Shown: positions 1 through 7,269 of the stretch, piece after piece
How positions within the stretch are numbered: position 1 is the first letter of the stretch
Layout of the letters: every line of letters begins with the position of its first letter
Assembly: GCA_046757025.1 (NCBI GenBank)
Contig: JBHHXN010000178.1
Span: 1 to 10,709 of the forward strand
DNA: 10,709 bases
Direction: 5' to 3'
From: a bacterium
Lineage (GTDB): Bacteria; Zhuqueibacterota; Zhuqueibacteria; Oceanimicrobiales; Oceanimicrobiaceae
Made by a program: the position numbers and the translations under genes
Notes under the pieces: generated by a model
Databases searched by the model: none
Told to the model about the DNA's origin: nothing
The model's input: only the letters and a program-made list of their open reading frames with translations

Positions 1-76
1 TTTTAAATACTGAATTCAGTAATAACCCCGTTTCTGAGCTAACTGGATAGCCGTATGGCGGGTATCAAATTAATTA

Positions 77-230
77 GGGATTGAACGAAAACTCGCGAAA
101 TGCGCGATATAAAAACCTTTTCGCGAAGGCGCCCCATCGACAAAGCTCAGGACAGGCCCCGCCGAGCGAGGCAGGAATTCACCCTCGGCCAGGAGGCCTT
201 CTAGAAGCTCAGGTCGTTTTCGTTCGGCAC
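77..230. mobile_element. MITE-like element family 2 (putative)
   Basis: Imperfect TIRs GGGATTGAACGAAAAC (77-92) and GTTTTCGTTCGGCAC (216-230) with a perfect 10-bp core. Flanked by TAATTA and TATTTA. Internal TCGCGAAA...TTTCGCGA and CCCATCGACAAAGCTCAGGACAGG REP-like motifs. Confidence 0.6.
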
Positions 231-236
231 TATTTA

Positions 237-381
237 GTCCATCCGTAAAGAGTCTTTTTTTGTCATACCCGCAATCTTTAAGCGGGAATCCATTGATCCA
301 TTAGGCATGAGATTCCCGATGAGCTTGTCCCTGCATGTTTTAAGCAGGGAGCATTCGGGAATGACGATTACGGATGGACAC
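237..381. mobile_element. MITE-like element family 1, copy A
   Basis: Terminal inverted repeats GTCCATCCGTAA...TTACGGATGGAC(AC) and internal GTCAT(A/T)CCCG...CGGGAATGAC palindromes. Reverse complement of 3600-3746 with 7 substitutions and 2 nt missing at the left end (manual alignment). Confidence 0.88.
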
Positions 382-463
382 GAATTATCGAAATTTTTCA
401 GGGGCGGTCCCCAAAATCCTGTTTCTTCACTTTGATCGGAGTCCAATGGTTTTGCAAGTTGTT

Positions 464-1033
464 TTAAGGGTGCCCGCGACTCTCACCGTCGGCGATGGCG
501 CCCGCGATGAGATGTGCGGTGCGAATGGGCTCCGGGATTTGACTGTGAATGGCAAAATGCTCGACGACCTCGGCGGCTTGCGGCAGGTTCAAACCCACGG
601 CCTGTATGAAAATCTGGCCGACCGCTTCGAGCGGTCCCAGCCTCTGAATCAAATCCCATTTTTTTAGACCATCGGAAATTTTGGACATCAGAGCCGTTTT
701 TATGGCGTCCATGTCGGCTGATTTTCGACACACGATCAAAACCGGGATTTTGAGCAGCTCATGAATGTGAAAAGCGTCCACCACATTGAACCCCGCCAGC
801 GTAATGCCCTGCAGCATCATGAGCTGCACGTGCTCAGCAAATTTCGACTCGCCCACCAGCGTCACCAATTTTTTCGCGGCGTCCGAGCCGTCTTTTTCGA
901 TTTCGCCGACGAGCACGCCATCCAAACGTAAATTGGCGTACACCGCGCCGACGACTTTGACTTTGCCCACGTGGTCGCGGTCAAACGGCGCGTCATCCAC
1001 TCCGATGACGTTAGAGTAAGTTTTGCTGGACAT
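464..1033 (-). CDS. DUF99/UPF0215 family protein (endonuclease V-like fold, putative deoxyuridine endonuclease)
   Basis: 189-aa ORF with DUF99-type motifs: N-terminal VIGVDDAPF, DGSDA, MLQGITLAGFNVVD and C-terminal IPEPIRTAHLIA. Start placed at ATG 1033 (MSSKTYS) instead of the TTG at 1054. Confidence 0.88.
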   Translation of the reverse strand: MSSKTYSNVIGVDDAPFDRDHVGKVKVVGAVYANLRLDGVLVGEIEKDGSDAAKKLVTLVGESKFAEHVQLMMLQGITLAGFNVVDAFHIHELLKIPVLIVCRKSADMDAIKTALMSKISDGLKKWDLIQRLGPLEAVGQIFIQAVGLNLPQAAEVVEHFAIHSQIPEPIRTAHLIAGAIADGESRGHP

Positions 1034-1102
1034 GATTGGCTCTTGCGATTGCAAATGACCTCGGCACTTTTATGCAAAAAATCTCCAAAGCCTTTTGAAC
1101 AA

Positions 1103-1230
1103 TTCAAAAAGCAAAGTGAAAAATACAAATTTTAAAGTTGATGCCTTTTCTTATCTTCTCCCATTTTGCAACCTTGGTCCGGGCTTGTTTCCGAAAAGTC
1201 ATTTTGCACCTTGTACTTTCAAATTTGCAA
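1103..1230. repeat. Inverted pair of degenerate 7-mer tandem arrays
   Basis: TTCAAAA AGCAAAG TGAAAAA TACAAAT TTTAAAG (1103-1137) faces ATTTTGC ACCTTGT ACTTTCA AATTTGC (1201-1228). Confidence 0.65.
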
Positions 1231-1375
1231 TTAGTCATTTCGGTTTCACCACGTTGAGAAATAATGAACAAAATGGTCTGTTGAGAGTAAAATTCTTCCT
1301 CAATAAAATCCACATCACGCATAAGCGCCAGGGCACATAGTTGACGCAGAGAAGAATAAAAAATCCACATTCAAT

Positions 1376-3109
1376 TCACATGGAGATGGAGCCTTTCCTG
1401 AAATCGGTTTTGCTCAAATGCGCGTTAAGCAATACTACCTTACCTCGGGCCAGCGCGCTTTTAGCCAGCCGCAGCGCGCCGGTGATCTCCGCAGCCTTGC
1501 GAACCAACAGGCCTTTGCCTCCCAGTGCCTCGGCCATCAAATGGTAGTTGGAATGCTGCAAAACCGTACCCACCTCGTCCTGGAAAATTTCAACTTGTTC
1601 ACGGGCGATTTGCGACCAGCCGGCGTCGTTGCCCACGATGGCTAGCACCGGAATTTCGTGTCGGACAAAGGTGTCGAATTCACACAAGCTGTAACCCAAC
1701 GAGCCGTCGCCAAAAAGAATCCACACGTCGGCATCGGGGCGGCAGAGTTTGGCGCCTAGGGCAAATCCGGCTCCCACCCCCAAAGTGCCGAACACGCCGG
1801 GGTCGAGCCAGGAAAGCGGAGCGCGCGGTTGCACGATGTAAGACGCAGTGGCCACAAAATCGCCGCCATCGGCCACCAGAATGCTGTTCTCTGTCAGCAC
1901 CCGTTCGATTTCACCACACAGGTGCAGCGGATTCACCCGCTCGGTGGGTTCGCACGCTTTTTGCTGGATTTCGGTCTCTCGTGTGTCATCTCTCTGGCGC
2001 AACGTGTTAAGCCAGTCGCGGCAATCATTGGCATGTTTTACCACTTCCGCCAGTTGCACCAGAAACAAACCCGGCTCGCCCTGAATGGCGATGCTGGGCC
2101 GCCGATTTAGCATGAGATCGTGGCGGCTGAGATTGACCGATATCAATTGCGTTGCCCGCGGAATGTGCCGTCCGTAGTTCAAGCGAAAATCGCACGGGAC
2201 GCCGGCCAGGAGAACGAGGTCGGCTTCCTTCAGTGCCAGGCGCCGTTGATGTCGCAACTGCAGCGGGTGCTGCACGCCCAGCAGACCGCGCGCCATGCCA
2301 GACAAATACACGGGAATTTGCAGTTGCGTCACCGCCGAAACCACGGCTTGCAACTGGTTTTTGTGCAGCAGCGCCTGACTGCCGATGAGCAGCAGCGGCT
2401 TTTGGGCTGTGCGCAATTTTTCAGCCACCCTTGATATGCGAGCACGTCCGGGGGCTGGGACGGAAACGGCCTGCGGTTTGGGAATGCGTATTTTGTTGGC
2501 GCCGCTGAACAGTCGGGTGACGTGCTGCTTGAGATACAAATTCAGCGCCCGGTCGGCAACGGTTTGACGGCCGCTTTTTTTCGATTGCACACCGTACCAT
2601 TCGCGCACCAGATCCTCCGAATAAAGCAGGTCGATGGGACATTCCACAAACACGGGGCCAGGGACGCCTTTCTGGGCTTCTCTGAAAGCTTGCGTTACCG
2701 CCGGCGCCAGCTCCCGCACTTTTTGCACGGAACGCGCCCATTTCACATGCGGTTTGAACAGCGCCATCTGGTCGATGTCTTGCAGCGAACCGCGTCCTTT
2801 CAGTGCGGTGGCGGTGGCGCCTCCCAACAAAATGACCGGCGACTGCGCCAGTTGGGCGTTTTTTACGGCCGTGACGGTGTTGGTAGCCCCAGGACCGGCG
2901 GTGACCGCAGCCACCCCGGGTACGCCTGAGAGCCGAGACACCGCGTCCGCTGCGAATACCGCCGTGGCTTCGTGCCGGACGTCGATGACCTGTATTCCGA
3001 GCTGCTTGCAGCCCACGAGGATGGGAGAAATGTGTCCGCCGCACAAAGTGAAAAGAAATTTCACTCCGTGTGCTTTTAAGACTTCAGCTATGAGCTCGCC
3101 GCCGTGCAT
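1376..3109 (-). CDS. Thiamine diphosphate-dependent enzyme, ILVBL/HACL2-like (acetolactate synthase-like / 2-hydroxyacyl-CoA lyase family)
   Basis: 577 aa. [15 protein letters not shown] (catalytic Glu), VTAGPG, ThDP-binding GDGSLG...[13 protein letters not shown], and C-terminal [10 protein letters not shown] typical of the ILVBL subfamily. AGGA upstream of the ATG. Confidence 0.92.
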   Translation of the reverse strand: MHGGELIAEVLKAHGVKFLFTLCGGHISPILVGCKQLGIQVIDVRHEATAVFAADAVSRLSGVPGVAAVTAGPGATNTVTAVKNAQLAQSPVILLGGATATALKGRGSLQDIDQMALFKPHVKWARSVQKVRELAPAVTQAFREAQKGVPGPVFVECPIDLLYSEDLVREWYGVQSKKSGRQTVADRALNLYLKQHVTRLFSGANKIRIPKPQAVSVPAPGRARISRVAEKLRTAQKPLLLIGSQALLHKNQLQAVVSAVTQLQIPVYLSGMARGLLGVQHPLQLRHQRRLALKEADLVLLAGVPCDFRLNYGRHIPRATQLISVNLSRHDLMLNRRPSIAIQGEPGLFLVQLAEVVKHANDCRDWLNTLRQRDDTRETEIQQKACEPTERVNPLHLCGEIERVLTENSILVADGGDFVATASYIVQPRAPLSWLDPGVFGTLGVGAGFALGAKLCRPDADVWILFGDGSLGYSLCEFDTFVRHEIPVLAIVGNDAGWSQIAREQVEIFQDEVGTVLQHSNYHLMAEALGGKGLLVRKAAEITGALRLAKSALARGKVVLLNAHLSKTDFRKGSISM

Positions 3110-3198
3110 TTGCGTTTCCTGTTCATTTTCCAGCTCGCAATATTAGTTTCGCTAACTTTAAAATGCGATTTGATGATGGTTAAATATTTCAGATCAAA

Positions 3199-3237
3199 TC
3201 ATTCCTGCGAAGCGGGTCCTCGTGGAAGCAGGATTCC
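3199..3237. repeat. Degenerate solo TCATTCCTGC...GCAGGATTCC palindrome, related to the inner hairpins of MITE family 1
   Basis: TCATTCCTGC-N19-GCAGGATTCC resembles the GTCATTCCCG...CGGGAATCY unit in 3600-3746. Confidence 0.5.
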
Positions 3238-3412
3238 TGAAAGATCAACGAATTATCGATTTCAGCACTCCGAATCTAAGAACGTGCTAAAATAATTGAA
3301 TGGATTGGCAAATGCAAGTTTAATTTTGCGACTCCCGGTTGAGTTTAATGTGAAAATAAGACATTACTAAACAGAAATAAATTGGATAATAAGACATCAC
3401 TCCGACTCTTCC

Positions 3413-3443
3413 ATTTTAATAAAATACCCCCTACCTTTGTCAA
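3413..3443 (-). promoter_or_regulatory. Possible sigma70 promoter pointing toward the ThDP enzyme gene
   Basis: Minus strand TTGACA (3443-3438) followed by TATTAA at 16 nt or TAAAAT at 19 nt. Spacing is imperfect and it implies a ~300-nt leader. Confidence 0.3.
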
Positions 3444-3599
3444 CGATTTCCAGGACGTGACACCGACACCTTATACCTCATATCTTATACCCAAAATCAC
3501 AAGCCAGACAACTTTACCCGGCAGCCAAATGTTTATTTCAATTCACAAGAATGAACTTTTTGTTAAAGTATGCCTGCTAATATTTCGATTAATTAATTA

Positions 3600-3746
3600 G
3601 TGTCCATCCGTAATCGTCATTCCCGAATGCTCCCTGCCTACAACATGCAGGGACAAGCTCATCGGGAATCTCATGCCTAACGGACCAATGGATTCCCGCT
3701 TAAAGATTGCGGGAATGACAAAAAATGGCTCTTTACGGATGGACAC
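3600..3746. mobile_element. MITE-like element family 1, copy B (intact ends)
   Basis: 147 bp with perfect 14-bp TIRs GTGTCCATCCGTAA/TTACGGATGGACAC. TAATTA lies on both sides (3594-3599, 3747-3752), giving a 20-bp perfect inverted repeat overall. Confidence 0.9.
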
Positions 3747-3901
3747 TAATTAGCGTCTGGACGACAATTTGTTTTTTCACTTCGAATGGTGACTTTCAGA
3801 TTAAAATTTTCATCATTTTAGCCGGTTCCAAATCGGAATCACGTTATCGACCGAAGAGGAAAACTATTTATTCAACCGTGTCATTCAATGGAGAAAATAC
3901 C

Positions 3902-4561
3902 ATGCGGAATTCGCGTTCATCCCACCAAGAAGAAAAAAAGAGGTATGTTAAAACTTTTGAGCTGGCCTTGATTTTTTCGCTGATCATCCATCTGTGCGTT
4001 CTTCATGCCCTTCCGTCCATCGATGCCAGTTTTTGGTGGACGAAGATAAAAGTAAACGATGTGGTGCTGGAAGTCGAGGACATTCCCAAGACCTTCCAGT
4101 GGCGAAAAAAGCCGCCGCCGCAAAATCCTTTCGTGCCCGTACCCACGGAAACCGAGGACTTTCCAAGCAACGAAACCATCGAGACCGTGGAGGTGGAATT
4201 TGTGGACATTCCAGAACCGCCGCCCTTCGAAAACGGTCTTTTCGAAGAATTTATTTTTATTCCGCATGAGGAGCCGCCCGTACCGATTGGCGGTATGCGC
4301 GCCATCCACCGATTTCTGAGATATCCCAGCAAAGCCTTGCGCCTGGGTGTGGAAGGCAAAGTGGTTTTGGGACTGCTCATCGATGAAAAAGGACATGTTG
4401 TGAAAGCCCAGATTTTAAAACACGCGAAATTCGATGTGGGTTTTGAAGAGGCCGCTTTAAAAGCCGCACTGAAAATCAACTGGAAACCCGCCCGACAACG
4501 CGAACGCGCCGTGAAAGTCTGGTTAGCGCTCCCGGTGCGATTTGAACTGGTGATGATTTAG
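3902..4561 (+). CDS. Energy transducer TonB family protein
   Basis: N-terminal TM helix with S-x3-H (FSLIIH), Pro/Glu-rich linker (KKPPPQNPFVPVPTE, IPEPPP), and TonB C-terminal domain (YPSKALRLGVEGKV...WKPA...VRFEL). ATG 3902 is preceded by GGAGA. The ORF-track start at 3725 lies inside a repeat element. Confidence 0.88.
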   Translation: MRNSRSSHQEEKKRYVKTFELALIFSLIIHLCVLHALPSIDASFWWTKIKVNDVVLEVEDIPKTFQWRKKPPPQNPFVPVPTETEDFPSNETIETVEVEFVDIPEPPPFENGLFEEFIFIPHEEPPVPIGGMRAIHRFLRYPSKALRLGVEGKVVLGLLIDEKGHVVKAQILKHAKFDVGFEEAALKAALKINWKPARQRERAVKVWLALPVRFELVMI

Positions 4562-4645
4562 GCGCTACGCCAAACATCGACAAATTGTTGTGTCGATATG
4601 TTGAAGGGTCTAAAATCGCACATCAATATAAAATTGAGTATCTCA

Positions 4646-4727
4646 GATTGCGGAATTCGGAAGGTGGAAGGGTGTTTGATAAACGATTGACCTGTAAATT
4701 CCGAAATCCGCCATCCCCCATCCGCAA
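4646..4727. repeat. Inverted pair of degenerate 7-mer tandem arrays (GGA/TCC phase)
   Basis: TTGCGGA ATTCGGA AGGTGGA faces TCCGAAA TCCGCCA TCCCCCA TCCGCAA. Confidence 0.7.
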
Positions 4728-4771
4728 GCAAAGTTTTTCGGATTTCCCTTGCGCTTTACAGCGTCAGCTCT

Positions 4772-4797
4772 CTTTTCGCAAAAACGTTTGCGAAAAG
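4772..4797. terminator. Putative bidirectional terminator hairpin between convergent tonB-like and Fe-S membrane genes
   Basis: Perfect 11-bp stem CTTTTCGCAAA-aacg-TTTGCGAAAAG between two convergent stop codons. The U-tract is weak. Confidence 0.45.
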
Positions 4798-4843
4798 GTT
4801 TGGAATTCTTTTTTTGAAATTTCGCTATTCCGTTCTTAAAATT

Positions 4844-6376
4844 TTACATGGCCGTGCGCATTTCCATGGGTTGGGCAATGAGCCACAAACTCAACACCGA
4901 AAACATCACCATCAAAGTGATCATGGGTATCTGGCTTTTCAGGGCGGAGATTTTATCGGAAAAGATCGTGTGCGAATGCGTGTTTGAGATGACCACACCA
5001 AAAACGTGACCGACGATCACCAGCCCCACTTGTAAAAACCAGATCGCTTGCAGACTCAAAAGCGAGCCCACCTGCATGTCAGCCGTCCCAAAAATATTCC
5101 AGCCGTAGCCAAAAGGATCGGACAAGAGCACCAGCAGTTTTTGACTTTCCATGAAAAAATGCTCCACGTTGTGGGCGAGGTGGTAAAACAGCGCGATGGG
5201 TATCAGGCCATAAGCATACTTCGTGAATAGGCTAAAAATGGATTTCTGGCTTTCACCCGAAAATATTTTCGACAACCAAACAGACAGCCCATAGATTAAA
5301 ACCGGTAAAGTCAGGCTGATCAGCATCCCCAAAGAAAAGGCCGCCAACTCGCCGACCGAGATGGTTTGTTGAATATTTTGCACAAAACTTTTCCAGTTTG
5401 GCGTCATGGTCAGACCATGAAAGGCCGTCAGCGAAAAAAGGATCAAAGCCAGATAGGCTTCGTCTTTTTTTGGTTTAGGCGCGTGTAGCAGATCCGCGGC
5501 AAACGGCCGCACATTGAACGCGACATTATCGTATTTGCAGGTTCGAAAACACTCTGCACACATGGTGCAATAGGTGTTGGCGGTCATGGTTTTTAAATAC
5601 TGACCCGTGGGGCAGGGGTAGCCGGTGCCGTTGCCCTTCAAGCAATCCGCGGTTTTGCAATTACTGCAAATATCCAGATCTCGGGGGCGGATTTCTACCG
5701 GCGAGAACATGGCATAAAGTCCACTCACCCGGCCGATGAGACAACCGTAGCGGCAGAACGATTTTTTCTCGAACAGCAGTCCGGGGACGAACACCAGGCC
5801 GAACATGAGCAGACCCAGGGTGGCGGTGGCTTCCGGGCTGAGGGTGACGTGATAGCCGAGCTCCAGCCAGGTTAGAAAAACGAACAGGATGGTAGCAAGA
5901 TAAATGTTTTTGAAAAAGCGCGGCCAGCGCCAGCCGAGATTGACGGTATCCTGTTTGATCTTGAAAAAAGAAAGTCGGGTGAGCCAGTTGGTCAGGGCGT
6001 CCCAGGGGCAGACATAACACCACATTTTGCCGAAAAACAAAATCAGAAAAATCAAGCCGATCCACCAGATATTCCAGGTCAGGGTGGGTGCGATGTTTTC
6101 CCCGGGAAGCTGGTTGCCATAAAAGCCCGCAAACAGGATGGTCAAAAACAGCAACACAACGATAAATTGAATGGCCGCCTGTACTTTTCTGGATTTAAAG
6201 AAAATTTTAAACAGCCTGTATTGGGTTAATTCCCATTTGCGTGTTTGGGCCAATCCTTTGTTTTTGTGCTTGAGCATTTCCAGAATGCCGAAGGAGACCA
6301 GCATGATGATCACGATGGATGAATAGTACAGCCAGTCCGGTATGCCAGCCATATTTTGACAGTGGGACATTTCCAT
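4844..6376 (-). CDS. Polytopic membrane 4Fe-4S binding protein (NapH/FixG-related polyferredoxin with extra C-terminal TM domain)
   Basis: 510 aa with many hydrophobic segments. Motifs GKMWCYVCP, FCRYGCLIG, CSNCKTADC...CP and CTMCAECFRTC. C-terminal TM part carries histidines (AFHG, YHLAHNVEH, GHVFG). Confidence 0.85.
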   Translation of the reverse strand: MEMSHCQNMAGIPDWLYYSSIVIIMLVSFGILEMLKHKNKGLAQTRKWELTQYRLFKIFFKSRKVQAAIQFIVVLLFLTILFAGFYGNQLPGENIAPTLTWNIWWIGLIFLILFFGKMWCYVCPWDALTNWLTRLSFFKIKQDTVNLGWRWPRFFKNIYLATILFVFLTWLELGYHVTLSPEATATLGLLMFGLVFVPGLLFEKKSFCRYGCLIGRVSGLYAMFSPVEIRPRDLDICSNCKTADCLKGNGTGYPCPTGQYLKTMTANTYCTMCAECFRTCKYDNVAFNVRPFAADLLHAPKPKKDEAYLALILFSLTAFHGLTMTPNWKSFVQNIQQTISVGELAAFSLGMLISLTLPVLIYGLSVWLSKIFSGESQKSIFSLFTKYAYGLIPIALFYHLAHNVEHFFMESQKLLVLLSDPFGYGWNIFGTADMQVGSLLSLQAIWFLQVGLVIVGHVFGVVISNTHSHTIFSDKISALKSQIPMITLMVMFSVLSLWLIAQPMEMRTAM

Positions 6377-6473
6377 TCTTCAATCCTAAAATATTTTCAT
6401 GTGGCAGAAAATCACGTTAAATAATCAAGGTAAAATCACTGGCAGATAAAATACTTTTCTCTTATCAGATCTT

Positions 6474-7082
6474 TTAAATCGAATGTGCGCCTTCACGGTT
6501 GATTCGGTCCGGTAAAATTTTTATGGCATTCCCTGGCGCCGGGCAAAAATACTCGCAAATGCCGCAGCCGGTGCATTTTTCCACGATGACCCGGGGTTTG
6601 TCATCTTCCATGACGATGGCGGCGTTTTTAAGCGGGCAGCGGTCGAAACAGTAGTCGCACATCTGCACCTGACCATTGTAAGCAAAGCACTTGTTGTAGA
6701 TCAGGTGCGCCGTACCCATTTTGAATTCTTTTACGGGCAGCAGAACGCCTTCCGCACAGGCGTTCACACACGGCAAATCTTCGCAAAGATAGCAGGGCGC
6801 TTCCGCGGGCCTGAGCATGGGGGTATCCACGCCGGAGCCGTATTTAGCGTCCGCCCGCACGATGGCGTCGTGGGGACAGGCCTCGATGCATTTATCGCAA
6901 CGGGTACACTTGAGCAAAAAGGAAATCTCATCGATGGCGCCAGGCGGCCGCAGCACAGGAATGATCATTTTTCGGGCTCGGGCTTCCACCTGGTTTTCCA
7001 ACGTTTCCGCCGTAAATCGGAACAGCGATTTCAACCCATCACGCAAAAAATCAGAGCGGGTCATGTTTTTATTATGGGTCAT
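6474..7082 (-). CDS. NapG/NapF/MauM-type 4x[4Fe-4S] ferredoxin, probably cytoplasmic
   Basis: LRPPGA motif followed by four Cys groups (CTRCDKCIEACP; CYLCEDLPCVNAC; C...CDYCFDRCP; CTGCGICEYFCP). N-terminal TRSDFLR lacks the twin arginine and has no hydrophobic region. Alternative start at ATG 7064. Confidence 0.88.
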   Translation of the reverse strand: MTHNKNMTRSDFLRDGLKSLFRFTAETLENQVEARARKMIIPVLRPPGAIDEISFLLKCTRCDKCIEACPHDAIVRADAKYGSGVDTPMLRPAEAPCYLCEDLPCVNACAEGVLLPVKEFKMGTAHLIYNKCFAYNGQVQMCDYCFDRCPLKNAAIVMEDDKPRVIVEKCTGCGICEYFCPAPGNAIKILPDRINREGAHSI

Positions 7083-7269
7083 CGTGAAATGTATTTCGAT
7101 TTAAAATTCATCATTTTCATTTTTTTTGTTGACGCTCCTTTTTTTCCCTTTAAGAGGGAATGAAAGGATGTGTTTTATCAACTTGACTTTTTTATCGTGA
7201 TTAAAATCCCAATGGCCTCGAAGGGCCAGGTGTTTCAATTAATTTTTGTAATTCTGGGTAATTGACAAA

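Noticed and set aside
71..387. Possible CRISPR array or integron attC cassette array
   Set aside because: There are no regularly spaced identical direct repeats, no cas or integrase gene, and no clear RYYYAAC...GTTRRRY ends. The pattern fits TIR elements better.
234..446. 70-aa minus-strand ORF
   Set aside because: It is largely a translation of the MITE palindrome and shows no protein family features.
1095..1370. 81-aa (+) and 88-aa (-) ORFs between the DUF99 and ThDP genes
   Set aside because: They run across the heptamer repeats and have low-complexity, non-protein-like sequence.
1305..1370. AAAATCCACAT direct repeat (1305-1315, 1360-1370)
   Set aside because: It is short and AT-rich, with no supporting structure to call a target-site duplication or operator.
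1418..3146. Many overlapping antisense and alternate-frame ORFs, also seen within 3917-4479 and 5048-10423
   Set aside because: These are shadow ORFs of well-supported GC-rich genes with no recognisable motifs.
3725..3901. 59-aa N-terminal extension of the TonB ORF in the ORF track
   Set aside because: The start lies inside the MITE. ATG 3902 has a GGAGA RBS and gives the normal TonB layout.
6401..6452. Short repeats TGGCAGA and AAAATCAC upstream of the 510-aa gene
   Set aside because: They are too short and match no FNR, Rex or other known box. Probably a decayed repeat arm.
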